Part shown: in pieces, positions 10,975 to 20,202 of the stretch
Layout: each line of letters starts with the position of its first letter
How positions within the stretch are numbered: the first letter of the stretch is position 1
DNA from: Candidatus Moraniibacteriota bacterium
GTDB taxonomy: Bacteria; Patescibacteriota; Minisyncoccia; Moranbacterales; UBA1568
Direction: 5' to 3'
Assembly (NCBI GenBank): GCA_052035095.1
Contig: JBPOHW010000014.1
Location: 1-57,763, forward strand
Length of the DNA: 57,763 nt
Notes under the pieces: generated by a model
Seen by the model: only the letters and a program-made list of their open reading frames with translations
What the model was told of the DNA's origin: nothing
Databases searched by the model: none
Position numbers and translations under genes: made by a program

Positions 10975-11447
10975 AGTCGACTCACCACTCCCGCCGCGTT
11001 CAGGACAATGCTCCGAGAGACGCCACCGGAAGCCGTGATGGTTATGGTCGCGGGGGCGTTCGGGATGCCCGAGACGCGAGCGAAGACCGTTTCGGAAAAA
11101 CCGCCAACGGAAACATTCGCCGGCAAGGACACGCGTCGATCCAAGGCCGGGGTCCGCGCCGCAAAGCTCGCTCCTCGAAACAAGACGATGTCGCCACCCG
11201 ATATCGCCACCCCCCACGGAGCGCCCCCCTTGCCGGAAAGCGCGTATCCTTGGGCGTTTCGTAGTGAAAACGCGAGACGATCCGCCGCCTCGAGGGCGGC
11301 ATCTTGCAAGAGAAATCGGCTATAAAACACCGGCGCCGTCCCCGCGAGAATCAGCAATATCGCCACCGCCAACATAAATTCAATCAAGGTAAACCCGCGA
11401 GAATAGAGACTTGAATGATGAATGGTGAATGGTGATTGTTGAGTCAT
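10971..11447 (-). CDS. Type IV minor pilin / pseudopilin (FimT/GspH-like)
   Basis: Prepilin motif RG-FTLIEF followed by a hydrophobic helix. Confidence 0.9.
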   Translation of the reverse strand: MTQQSPFTIHHSSLYSRGFTLIEFMLAVAILLILAGTAPVFYSRFLLQDAALEAADRLAFSLRNAQGYALSGKGGAPWGVAISGGDIVLFRGASFAARTPALDRRVSLPANVSVGGFSETVFARVSGIPNAPATITITASGGVSRSIVLNAAGVVSRL

Positions 11448-11458
11448 ACGTCCGCGCG

Positions 11459-12514
11459 CTATCTTTGCAACGAGCCGGTAAGAGAATAAATCGGCGTGAT
11501 AATCGAGAGCGCGATGAAGAGAACGACGCCGGCGATCAGGAAAAGAAGTGCCGGTTCGAGGAGCGTCGAGAAACGTCGAGCGATCGTATCCACCTCCTCA
11601 TCGAAAAATTCACTCAAGAAAAAGAAACTCTCATCCAGCTTTCCCGTTCGTTCTCCGACCGCGATCATTTTGGTCGCCAGGGGCGGCACCCGTCGAAATT
11701 CCGGCCGAGACAACAGCGCGGAAAGTTCGGAACCGGAAGCAACCCCTCGCATCAATTCGCGCGCGTAACGACTAAAGACGCGATTATTGAGACTTCGCTC
11801 TTCGACGCCGAGCGCGTGTACCAGAGGAAGTCCACTCCTCATCATAATGCCGAGTCCGCGAAAAAACCTCCCCAGAGAAACCGCGGCAAGAAAAGAACCG
11901 AGAACCGGAAGCCTCAAAAGAAAACTGTGCCAGAGCGGTATAACCGACCGGAGTCGAACGAGAAATCGAAATGCAAGGAGCATCACCGCAAGCGAAGCGA
12001 GGATAACCAAACCATAGGCTTCCATACCATTCGCGAACCACAAGAGAACGCGCGTCGAAAGCGGCAATTCCACATCAAGCGACGTAAAAAGATCGAGGAG
12101 TTTCGGCAAAATAAAAATGCTGATGAAGCTCCCGAGAACGACCGCCATGCCGAGAATGAGCGACGGGTAGAGAAGTATCCCTTGAATTTTTTTTTGGAGA
12201 CGATGTTCTTTTGAGAGTTGCTTTCCGAGAAAATCCAAATTCTCGGCGAGCGTTCCGGATTCTTCACTTACCTCAACAACGCTCACAAAAAACGGGTCGA
12301 AGTCTTTGGGGTGAATGAAGAGCGCTTCGGCGAGTTTTTTTCCACCCTCAATATCGGCGCAAATACGCGAGAGAATCTTCCGGAATGCCGGGGTCTTCGT
12401 TTCCAATTCGAGTACGCGAAGCGCTTCCGGAAGCGAAATGCCGCTCCGAATCATCATGGCGAGATGCCGCGCAAACATCGCCCGATCCACAAGTCGAATA
12501 TGCGAAGAAAACAT
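11459..12514 (-). CDS. pilC: Type IV pilus / T2SS inner-membrane platform protein (PilC/GspF)
   Basis: Motifs LAMMIRSGISL, EESGTLAENL, YPSLIL and GERTGKLDE...LEPALL. Start at 12514. Confidence 0.93.
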   Translation of the reverse strand: MFSSHIRLVDRAMFARHLAMMIRSGISLPEALRVLELETKTPAFRKILSRICADIEGGKKLAEALFIHPKDFDPFFVSVVEVSEESGTLAENLDFLGKQLSKEHRLQKKIQGILLYPSLILGMAVVLGSFISIFILPKLLDLFTSLDVELPLSTRVLLWFANGMEAYGLVILASLAVMLLAFRFLVRLRSVIPLWHSFLLRLPVLGSFLAAVSLGRFFRGLGIMMRSGLPLVHALGVEERSLNNRVFSRYARELMRGVASGSELSALLSRPEFRRVPPLATKMIAVGERTGKLDESFFFLSEFFDEEVDTIARRFSTLLEPALLFLIAGVVLFIALSIITPIYSLTGSLQR

Positions 12515-12539
12515 ATAAAAAGAAAATTCTAAAATTTTT

Positions 12540-12669
12540 GAGGACTCGTGATTTTGAGTGCAGTTTGAGGAAGATACGAGGAGCAGAGTAAGCTGTATGT
12601 AAACATACAGCGTCCCCGCCGAGGCGGGGGAGTATCTGACGAAGAAATGCGCCAAAATCACGAGTCCTA
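12540..12669 (+). repeat. Repeat family A, copy 3
   Basis: Perfect 16-bp stem AGGACTCGTGATTTTG/CAAAATCACGAGTCCT. It overlaps the pilB stop codon. Confidence 0.9.
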
Positions 12670-14379
12670 CTCTCGCGCGACGCGGATCACTTCATCCACC
12701 GTCGTTACACCCTGTCGGACTTTCTCAAGACCGTCTTCAATCATCGTGCGCATCCCGTTCTTTTTTGCTATCGCCTGAATTTCACTCGCCGTCGCCCGTT
12801 CCATAATAGCATGACGCACCGCCTCATCTATCGAGAGCACTTCAAAAATCCCGACTCGACCCGCGTACCCGCTTCCGTGACAGAGGGGACACCCCTTTCC
12901 GCGATACACGCGCACGGTTTCCTTTTTCGAAGCGATTGCTCGAGGAAACATATTTCGCACCAATTCCTCGCTCAATTCTTTTTGAAGAAACTCCAAAGAC
13001 ACCTCCTCGCTCACGCGACACGGCTCATGAATTTTTCGCACGAGTCGTTGCGCGACAATCACCGATACGGTCGAGGCGATGAGAAATGGCTCGACGCCGA
13101 GGTCAAAGAGTCGTGGCACCGTCGTCGCGGCATCATTCGCGTGAAGCGTCGAGAGAACGAGGTGTCCCGTCATAGCAAGATTGATCGCGATACCGGATGT
13201 TTCTTCGTCGCGAATTTCACCTACCAGAATAATATTCGGATCCTGCCGCAAGATACTCCGGAGTCCCGTCGCAAAAGTAAGGTTGGCGCGCTGATTCACC
13301 TGAATCTGATTGATGCCCGGCATATCATACTCGACCGGATCCTCGATGGTCATAATGTTCACATTCGGCTTGTTCAAAATTCTCAAAATGGCATAGAGCG
13401 TCGTTGTTTTCCCGCTTCCCGTGGGGCCGGTCGAGAGAATCATACCGTAGGGCTTGCGGTACGCCTCCGTTACTCTCGCGAGATCCTGAGATACAAGCCC
13501 GAGGGTACCGAGTGAGAAATGGCGCACGTGCTCGGCAAGAAGGCGGAGTACGATCTTTTCTCCGTCCGTCGTCGGAACAACGGATAAACGAACGTCAATC
13601 GGTGTTTCACTTCCCTCAATCGGCACTCTTATTTTTCCATCTTGCGGCACTTGATGTTCATCCGTTCGAAGGCGCGACAAAACTTTGAGCCTCGAAACCA
13701 CTTGCTCATGAATGCGGCTCGAAAACGAAAGCACATCATAGAGAATACCATCAATACGGAAGCGAACCGTCGCTGATTTCTCGCGCGGCTCAATATGAAT
13801 ATCGGACGCCTTGTTCTGGTACGCGTAGAGGAAAAGCGTGTCCACGATGCGAACAATCGGGAGATCGAGCGCGTCACCGCCTTCGCGCACCCGACGCTCG
13901 GCGGTTTGCACGTGCTCCGCCATAATTTCGTCAAATGTCTTTCCGATATCCTTCGTATAGAGACTGAGTCCGATATCGATATCGGATGCTGTTGCGAGAA
14001 ATACCCGAAGCGGCATACCGGTTTTCTTGACCAGAAAGTCGCATACTTGAATATTGGTAGGATCCTCCATAGCAACCGCGAGACCCCGCTCATCACAAGT
14101 GATAGCAATCACTCGTTGAGCGCGCGCCACCACAAACGGGATCATTCGAAGCACGTGATCCGGAATGGCGATATCCGAAACGCGAACAACGGACACGCCG
14201 AGAAGATCCCCTGCGATTTCAGCCGCTTCCCGCTCACCAATACACCCTTCGGATATCAACGTCGGAAGAAGTGTTGCTCCAGTTCTTTTAGCAGTCGCGC
14301 GCGCCGAAAGAATCGCCTCGTCCGGAACGAGACGCATATCCGAAAGAAGACGAAGAAGAGCGGCTTCGTCAAGTATCAT
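12667..14379 (-). CDS. pilB: Type IV pilus assembly ATPase (PilB/GspE)
   Basis: Motifs ASDIHIEP, Walker A GPTGSGKT, TIEDPVEY, LRQDPNIILVGEIRD, TGHLVLSTLH and CPLC zinc site. Confidence 0.95.
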   Translation of the reverse strand: MILDEAALLRLLSDMRLVPDEAILSARATAKRTGATLLPTLISEGCIGEREAAEIAGDLLGVSVVRVSDIAIPDHVLRMIPFVVARAQRVIAITCDERGLAVAMEDPTNIQVCDFLVKKTGMPLRVFLATASDIDIGLSLYTKDIGKTFDEIMAEHVQTAERRVREGGDALDLPIVRIVDTLFLYAYQNKASDIHIEPREKSATVRFRIDGILYDVLSFSSRIHEQVVSRLKVLSRLRTDEHQVPQDGKIRVPIEGSETPIDVRLSVVPTTDGEKIVLRLLAEHVRHFSLGTLGLVSQDLARVTEAYRKPYGMILSTGPTGSGKTTTLYAILRILNKPNVNIMTIEDPVEYDMPGINQIQVNQRANLTFATGLRSILRQDPNIILVGEIRDEETSGIAINLAMTGHLVLSTLHANDAATTVPRLFDLGVEPFLIASTVSVIVAQRLVRKIHEPCRVSEEVSLEFLQKELSEELVRNMFPRAIASKKETVRVYRGKGCPLCHGSGYAGRVGIFEVLSIDEAVRHAIMERATASEIQAIAKKNGMRTMIEDGLEKVRQGVTTVDEVIRVARE

Positions 14380-14425
14380 AGAGGTTTCATCGGCGCGCGC
14401 TATTTCACGCTACGCGTATGGTCTA

Positions 14426-14863
14426 CTACTGAGCATGCTGTGCTGCGCTTTCAAGCGCTTCCTCGACACTTTCCACCATTTGATGGATCGAAACATTCGA
14501 CTTGATAATGTATTTGAAAACGCCGAGCGCTTTTGCCCGCTCGATATCCTCCGGCTGTCCCAAATTGGAAAGAATGATGACCGGCACATCGCGCAAATCC
14601 TTCTCTTCCTTGAGCTTCTTCAACACTTCAAAGCCATCCATTTCCGGCATCACCAGGTCCAAGATGATAAGATTGGGGCTATTCTTTCGAAGCAAATCGA
14701 GCGTTTCCGTTCCGTTCGACGCCACCAAAACGCCAAATCCTTCCTTCTCCAATTTCGTCCGATAGAGATTGGCATAAAACTGATCATCCTCTGCTACCAA
14801 AAGAAGCGCCGTCTTTTTGTCTCCCGCCGCTTCTTTGAGTGTGGACGCAACATCCTGCATCAT
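14426..14863 (-). CDS. Single-domain response regulator (receiver)
   Basis: Motifs AEDD, LDLVMPEMDG, IILSN and YIIK. Confidence 0.93.
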   Translation of the reverse strand: MMQDVASTLKEAAGDKKTALLLVAEDDQFYANLYRTKLEKEGFGVLVASNGTETLDLLRKNSPNLIILDLVMPEMDGFEVLKKLKEEKDLRDVPVIILSNLGQPEDIERAKALGVFKYIIKSNVSIHQMVESVEEALESAAQHAQ

Positions 14864-14869
14864 ACGCGT

Positions 14870-16006
14870 TTATGTTAACGAATTATTTCCTTCTATAATT
14901 TTCTCGCGAGACTGAGAAAGAGGCAATTCGATATGAAACGTTGTTCCCTTTCCTTCGATGCTTTCAAAGAAAACTCGACCGCCCCACGCCTCAACAAAAA
15001 GTTTCACGACCGCCAACCCGAGGCCCGATCCTTCGGTTTGCGATCGCACCGCATTCGACGCCCGGAAAAATTTCGAAAAAATATTTTGCTGTTCATCAAT
15101 CGGGATGCCGATACCTTCGTCTTTTACCGAGAGACGACACATCGCGTCAATTTTTTTTACTTCAACCAAAACGTGCCCGCCGGGTTTGCTATACTTGACC
15201 GCATTCGAGACGATATTGCGCACCACCTCATAGAATCGCCTTCTTGGCACGAACAGCTTCGGGAGTTCCGGATCGATACGCTTCCCAAAAACAACCCGTC
15301 GCCGCTGAGCGTCAAGTTCGAGAAAGCGGAAGATGCCCTCCACCACCTCCGCAACATCAACGATCGCCGGCTCCTCGACTCCTCCCGTGCGATTGAACTT
15401 CGCCATATCGAGGAGATCATTGACGAGTTCAACCATCTGCTGATTGCTCGCGTGAAGGTTGATAATGGCGCTTCTCGCTTCGCGGGACAGCTCGCCGAAG
15501 TCGCCGGAAAGCAACAGATCCATACACCACCTGGCGCTCCCCAGAGGCGTTCGCAACTGATGCGCCACAATCGAAAGGAAATGATCCTTTGCCTGAATGA
15601 GCCGATGCTCGATGGTCGCATCGCTCAAGAGAATAAGCGTCCCCGCGCGAGTTCCATCTTTCTCAGAAAAAGGAAGTGCACGACCTTTTATCGGGTTCTT
15701 TGAGCCATCTTTCTTCACGAGCGATATCCTTCCTGTGAATTCCTGCGGTGATTCCGGCGGCGCGTAGGCCGAAGAAGAGAGCACGGTTTGTATATCATCA
15801 TCAATTGAGAATTTGACGATATCGCCAACCGGCCGCCCAATCGACTCATCCTCGCTCCACCCCGAAAGAGTGACAGCCTTGGGATTCATAAAGAGCATAT
15901 TCCCATGCGTATCCGCCACAAAAATAGCATCGCTCACCGAAGCGAACGCCAGCACCATCCACCGCTCCTTGCCGGAAAGATCGCAAGCTATAGAAGGAAA
16001 GTCCAT
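14870..16006 (-). CDS. Cytoplasmic PAS-domain histidine kinase
   Basis: PAS region, AHQLRTPL H-box, NIVSNAVKYS, DEGIGIP and GSGLGL. Confidence 0.93.
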   Translation of the reverse strand: MDFPSIACDLSGKERWMVLAFASVSDAIFVADTHGNMLFMNPKAVTLSGWSEDESIGRPVGDIVKFSIDDDIQTVLSSSAYAPPESPQEFTGRISLVKKDGSKNPIKGRALPFSEKDGTRAGTLILLSDATIEHRLIQAKDHFLSIVAHQLRTPLGSARWCMDLLLSGDFGELSREARSAIINLHASNQQMVELVNDLLDMAKFNRTGGVEEPAIVDVAEVVEGIFRFLELDAQRRRVVFGKRIDPELPKLFVPRRRFYEVVRNIVSNAVKYSKPGGHVLVEVKKIDAMCRLSVKDEGIGIPIDEQQNIFSKFFRASNAVRSQTEGSGLGLAVVKLFVEAWGGRVFFESIEGKGTTFHIELPLSQSREKIIEGNNSLT

Positions 16007-16064
16007 GAGAAAAAACTAAAAGATGCGCCCGATGTTTATTATAGCACAATTGAATGAAGTCTTT

Positions 16065-16715
16065 TCAAAAAAGCGTTCCGGACCGATGTGGGGAAGTGGA
16101 GACATCTTCCACTTTCTTCCTTCCGAGAAGTTCCGAAATCGCCTCCCAGCTTCGAAATTCCGGGTGGCGCTCAAGTTGCTTTTCGAGAACCCGAACGGTT
16201 ACCGCGACATCCCCTTCTGCCGTGTGCGCGCTCGTGTGAATCTCTCCACAATACTCCTTGCACGCCGCGCCCAGATTTCGCTGGGATACGATATCGCGCG
16301 GCGCGAATTTATGAAAAATAAATTTCGCGTCAAGAATTTTTCGATTCGAGTAATCAAAGCTCTTGCCGACAAGCGCAAACTCGGCGCGTAAAAACGGGAG
16401 ATCGTATCCGTACACATTGAATCCACCAACATCCGCCCCCTCAAAAATGCTCCAGAGTTCGTAGCACAGCTGGGCAAAGGTGGGCGCCGTCGCCACATCC
16501 TCATTCGTAATTCCATGTACCGCCGTCGCGTCCTTCGGGATGGAACGCCCGGGATTGATACGCCGAACACCGGCAAGCACCTCCCCGCTCGGCGCAATTT
16601 TTTGGTACGCGATTTCCACCGTTCTGTCCTCACCGGGAATAAGCCCGGTCGTTTCAAGGTCAAAGATAACAAGCGGTCGCTCAAACGGAATGAGGGTGGG
16701 GAGAGTGGAATGCAT
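16065..16715 (-). CDS. DEDDh 3'-5' exonuclease (DnaQ-like)
   Basis: Motifs FDLETTG, VHGIT, YDLPFL and AHTAEGD. Confidence 0.92.
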   Translation of the reverse strand: MHSTLPTLIPFERPLVIFDLETTGLIPGEDRTVEIAYQKIAPSGEVLAGVRRINPGRSIPKDATAVHGITNEDVATAPTFAQLCYELWSIFEGADVGGFNVYGYDLPFLRAEFALVGKSFDYSNRKILDAKFIFHKFAPRDIVSQRNLGAACKEYCGEIHTSAHTAEGDVAVTVRVLEKQLERHPEFRSWEAISELLGRKKVEDVSTSPHRSGTLF

Positions 16716-16827
16716 AGGTCGAAAATATAAAAAAATACTCCCACATGGTAGCATGTGTAAAAACTTTTGTCATAAAAAAACGATTGATTCCTTAAAAAAA
16801 TCAATCGCTTGCAAGTAAAGTAGAACC

Positions 16828-17511
16828 CTAGATTTCCTTCGCCCCATATTCCTTCCAGTACGCTTCAAATCGAGGGAGAAAAAGTTTGTATTTTGGATCT
16901 TCGCGAATATACTCCATAAGTTCGCGCATCCCCACAATACTCTGCACAAAGACCCCTTTCTGTTCAGAAAGCTCCTTCGCCACCGAAAAGCCGGAAGTGC
17001 CTCGATCCTCACGATCAAACCCAGCAATCACGCCCCTCACATACGCGCCGCGCTCACGAGCCACATCAATAGTCATCCCTATCGTCGTACCACTGGAGAT
17101 TACACCAGTAACTATGACAACATGAGATCCTATTTCAAGAGGCGCCCACAGAAATCGTTCCTTATTCCCAGAAAAGCTTCCTTCCTTTCGGAATGAAGAG
17201 AATCGAACATCTTTTACTGCGTATTCTTGAGACAAAACTGTGGCAGTGGCAAACGCGAGAATTTCTCCAGTATCGGGAGGTCCTAAAAGAATCGGGAATG
17301 CCTCTTCAAGGTTGTCATTATTAGGAGTATCACCCAAAAGAAACGCCGCCGCATAACACCTCCCGATGACAAAGAGCGCCTCCACATTTGGAATTGCACT
17401 CATATTAATCAAGTACGGACTTTTTCGACCCTTCAAGCTAAACCCCCCATCAACATTAAGCACATTGAAATCCAAGCAGGTCTGAACAAACATCTCCTGA
17501 TATTTTTGCAT
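16828..17511 (-). CDS. Orotate phosphoribosyltransferase-like protein with degenerate PRPP loop
   Basis: PyrE-like FSLKGRKSPY, SFRKE and VIAGFDRED. The DD of the PRPP motif is replaced by TG. Confidence 0.75.
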   Translation of the reverse strand: MQKYQEMFVQTCLDFNVLNVDGGFSLKGRKSPYLINMSAIPNVEALFVIGRCYAAAFLLGDTPNNDNLEEAFPILLGPPDTGEILAFATATVLSQEYAVKDVRFSSFRKEGSFSGNKERFLWAPLEIGSHVVIVTGVISSGTTIGMTIDVARERGAYVRGVIAGFDREDRGTSGFSVAKELSEQKGVFVQSIVGMRELMEYIREDPKYKLFLPRFEAYWKEYGAKEI

Positions 17512-17607
17512 CACATTTCTCCTTTCAGTTTGAAAACAACTCGTTTCGCACACTGGCGAAACTCGAAGCCACTGTACTCGAATTGGCGGGCGCATGTCAA
17601 ATCACTC

Positions 17608-17658
17608 AAAAAAAAAGAAGGCCTCTGTCAGTTAACGCTTCAACTGATGAGCACCTTC
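17608..17658 (-). terminator. Intrinsic terminator
   Basis: GAAGG...CCTTC long hairpin followed by a T9 tract. Confidence 0.65.
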
Positions 17659-17667
17659 GGAACAGAA

Positions 17668-18399
17668 CTATCGTGTTTTCATAGCGTTGCGCAACCTCGC
17701 CCATTCGTTTTTAGGTTTCCAAACGACATTATCATCCTTGATCGCGTCCGCTACCAGTAGATCATCCTGCCGATATTGCGGAGTCTCCCTTTCGACAACA
17801 GCCACAATAGGCACGCCGATTCCCTCAAAGAAGAATTCCTCCTGAAACGGAAAGGAACGGTTGATAGCACACTGGATAGCGATCACATTCGCGCCGGCAT
17901 TCTTGATGATCTGGCAGAGCTTCCCCGAAGTTGAGAGGTTATTGACAAGCTCCTCCCCAATAAGGACGCGATCCCCTGCGTTTATCGCCCCTTCATAACG
18001 CCCGAGGAAAATTCGATTACCTTCCTTCTCTGCGAAAACATGGCGACAACCGAGAATTGCCGCCACTTCCTGCGAAAATTTCACTCCCGCCCATGGCGCA
18101 CCGAGGATAATCGTTGGAGAAACACCGCGAGAATCCAGCGTCTCAACCATCATATTCGCGAACAACGTAAGCACGGCAGGCCACATATCAGCTTTGGAAA
18201 AATTAAAGTATGTGAGTCCGACATACTTCTTCTTTTTCCCATCAATGTCCGCGTAATCGCCGGTATATCCAACAATCGGACCGATTGGCATTCCATCATT
18301 CCCAAGGGGACACGTATAGTATCCTTCGCAATTTATCAATGTTTGCAGAGGGTCGCCTGAAACAATAAGATGCGACCCATCACTTGAATATACGTTCAT
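17668..18399 (-). CDS. Type I phosphoribosyltransferase (PyrE-like, divergent)
   Basis: GAPWAG loop and PRPP motif VLIGEELVNNLST. Confidence 0.8.
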   Translation of the reverse strand: MNVYSSDGSHLIVSGDPLQTLINCEGYYTCPLGNDGMPIGPIVGYTGDYADIDGKKKKYVGLTYFNFSKADMWPAVLTLFANMMVETLDSRGVSPTIILGAPWAGVKFSQEVAAILGCRHVFAEKEGNRIFLGRYEGAINAGDRVLIGEELVNNLSTSGKLCQIIKNAGANVIAIQCAINRSFPFQEEFFFEGIGVPIVAVVERETPQYRQDDLLVADAIKDDNVVWKPKNEWARLRNAMKTR

Positions 18400-18468
18400 T
18401 TCAATATCCTCTTTCCGACTTGAAGAGAAGAAGAGAGCGTTTTTCAGGCGCCCTCTGCGATCACTGCA

Positions 18469-19197
18469 TCACGCAACAATTTGCCGCGTGACACGCCGTG
18501 CGGCTTCCCGCATTTTTTCTGGGGTATCCTGTTTATAGATGGCGGAACCGACGATAGCATGCCACCTGCCTCCCGCTACGCGTCCGCATTCGGAAATATC
18601 CCCTCCCTGACTGATAAACCCCGGAGCATAGAGAACGAATTCTTCATCGCCAAGCTCTTCCATAAGCCATCCCCGAATCCGCAGAACCCACTCGAGCTTC
18701 GTTCCCGGAACGACAAAGTCCCGAACGCCGAGATCGCACGCGAGACGAAAGATTCGTTCAACAGCCTCATCGGCTATATAGCCGCCCTCGCTCACCAAGA
18801 ACTGCGGATGAGTCATGACGCCGCCGACTACTACCCTAAGACCCCTATTGAAACATGCTTCCGTCCATACTTCCTGTGTTTTCGGTCCGGCAAAGGGAAA
18901 AAGAATCACGGCGTCCACGCGACTCCATGCCAACGCTTCTGCAAACGGCGCTCCCATTTCGGGAATATCTGTCGCTCCTTTCTGGGGATCATAGATAACG
19001 GGAAAACCCGCACCCATCACATCTTTGACCGCTGTAACAGCACAATCCAAGTCACATAAACCCAGAAGGGACCCGAGCTTGAAAGCTCCTATGCCGGGAA
19101 CATCGCGGACACTCCCTACAAGTTCGTCGAGAGTATTCAGATCAATAACGTCCGCCGCAACGACAACACTTTTCTCTGCTTCAATGATTCTTTTCAT
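18469..19197 (-). CDS. pyrF: Orotidine 5'-phosphate decarboxylase (divergent type)
   Basis: Motifs VVAADV, AFKLG, IYDPQKGATDIP, PGFISQGG and IVGSAIY. Confidence 0.85.
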   Translation of the reverse strand: MKRIIEAEKSVVVAADVIDLNTLDELVGSVRDVPGIGAFKLGSLLGLCDLDCAVTAVKDVMGAGFPVIYDPQKGATDIPEMGAPFAEALAWSRVDAVILFPFAGPKTQEVWTEACFNRGLRVVVGGVMTHPQFLVSEGGYIADEAVERIFRLACDLGVRDFVVPGTKLEWVLRIRGWLMEELGDEEFVLYAPGFISQGGDISECGRVAGGRWHAIVGSAIYKQDTPEKMREAARRVTRQIVA

Positions 19198-19305
19198 GCT
19201 TACTCTCCGCTTCATGTTGGTAAAGATCCGCTCCGAAATTTTCCGAAGCTCGGCACTATCCTCTCGTATTTTGAAGCCATTGTCAATTCCGATTTCCAAA
19301 AAGAA

Positions 19306-19356
19306 CTACACCACAAAATTCACCAGTCGATCCGGAACGAAAATGACTTTTCGAAC
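19306..19356 (-). repeat. Orphan duplicate of the last 16 codons plus stop of leuS
   Basis: Encodes VRKVIFVPDRLVNFVV*, identical in amino acids to 20203-20253. Confidence 0.92.
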
Positions 19357-19498
19357 CGTTTTGTTGGTAATGAACCCACTCCGGACATTTCGGAAGCCTA
19401 TCAATATCCATTGCAATCCTACCTGTTTCGATTCTCGATTGTCAATCCGAAAAAGAAAAACATCACCCACATACGAGAGTGATGCCAGAAAAACATTT

Positions 19499-20176
19499 TT
19501 ATACATCGCCTTCAAAGGATTCGTGAAACGCCCTCAACTCATCGCACCGAAGCTTCCGGAGTATACCCTTATACATTGATCGTATCCCTTCATTGGAGAG
19601 CTTTTTCCGAATCAGCTCTCCGTCCTTCCTTCTTCTCAGAACAAAAAATCCCTCTTGAACTATATCATGAATATCCCAATCTTTCTCGAGGAGGGTATGG
19701 AGAAGCTGACGCTCGTCTCGAGAGAGGCCAACTTCCACCGCGCGATCCCAAATAGCCCTTCGAAGAGAAGTGCCGTCGTATTCCCGAATCGTCCGACACG
19801 TAGCATCGTCTTGTTCCGCTATGGTATCGAGACGCGTTCGATCCGAATCCTCACACTCCGGGGCATCAAGCGAAACCGGAAGACTCACTCGACTGAAGAA
19901 AAGCACTTCCCGAACCTTCCCCGGACGAAGCTTTCGCGATCGAACCTTCCCTTTCAAAAGAAGGAGAAGGAGCCACACCTCTTCACGAGGAAGACTCTCG
20001 AGCCACTCCCTGGCAAAATTCGCCGACTCACTGTCTCCCGCAGGTCCCCGATTGAAGTATGCCGTACAAACAATGTTCACGATGAGTTCAATCAGCAACA
20101 TGTCTCGAGACATTCGTCGCAATTCCCGATCACCAATCGGAAAACCTCTCTTGACCGCACTCGCCTTACTTGTCAT
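19499..20176 (-). CDS. Sigma-70 region 3.2/4-like protein lacking a recognisable region 2
   Basis: PVSLDAPECEDSDRTRLDTI (region 3.2), LSRDERQLL and LSNEGIRSMYKGILRKLR (region 4). GGAGG RBS present. Confidence 0.65.
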   Translation of the reverse strand: MTSKASAVKRGFPIGDRELRRMSRDMLLIELIVNIVCTAYFNRGPAGDSESANFAREWLESLPREEVWLLLLLLKGKVRSRKLRPGKVREVLFFSRVSLPVSLDAPECEDSDRTRLDTIAEQDDATCRTIREYDGTSLRRAIWDRAVEVGLSRDERQLLHTLLEKDWDIHDIVQEGFFVLRRRKDGELIRKKLSNEGIRSMYKGILRKLRCDELRAFHESFEGDV

Positions 20177-20202
20177 AAAGAACCCTCCGAGACCAAAATC
20201 AA

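Noticed and set aside
12515-12661. N-terminal extensions in the ORF track (pilC, DUF11 gene, atpG, pyrF, EamA and others)
   Set aside because: They translate repeats or intergenic DNA. Downstream ATGs match family N-termini.
19306-19515. 69-aa ORF ending like LeuS
   Set aside because: Only the last ~16 codons are LeuS-like and the rest has no coding signal. Treated as a displaced gene end.
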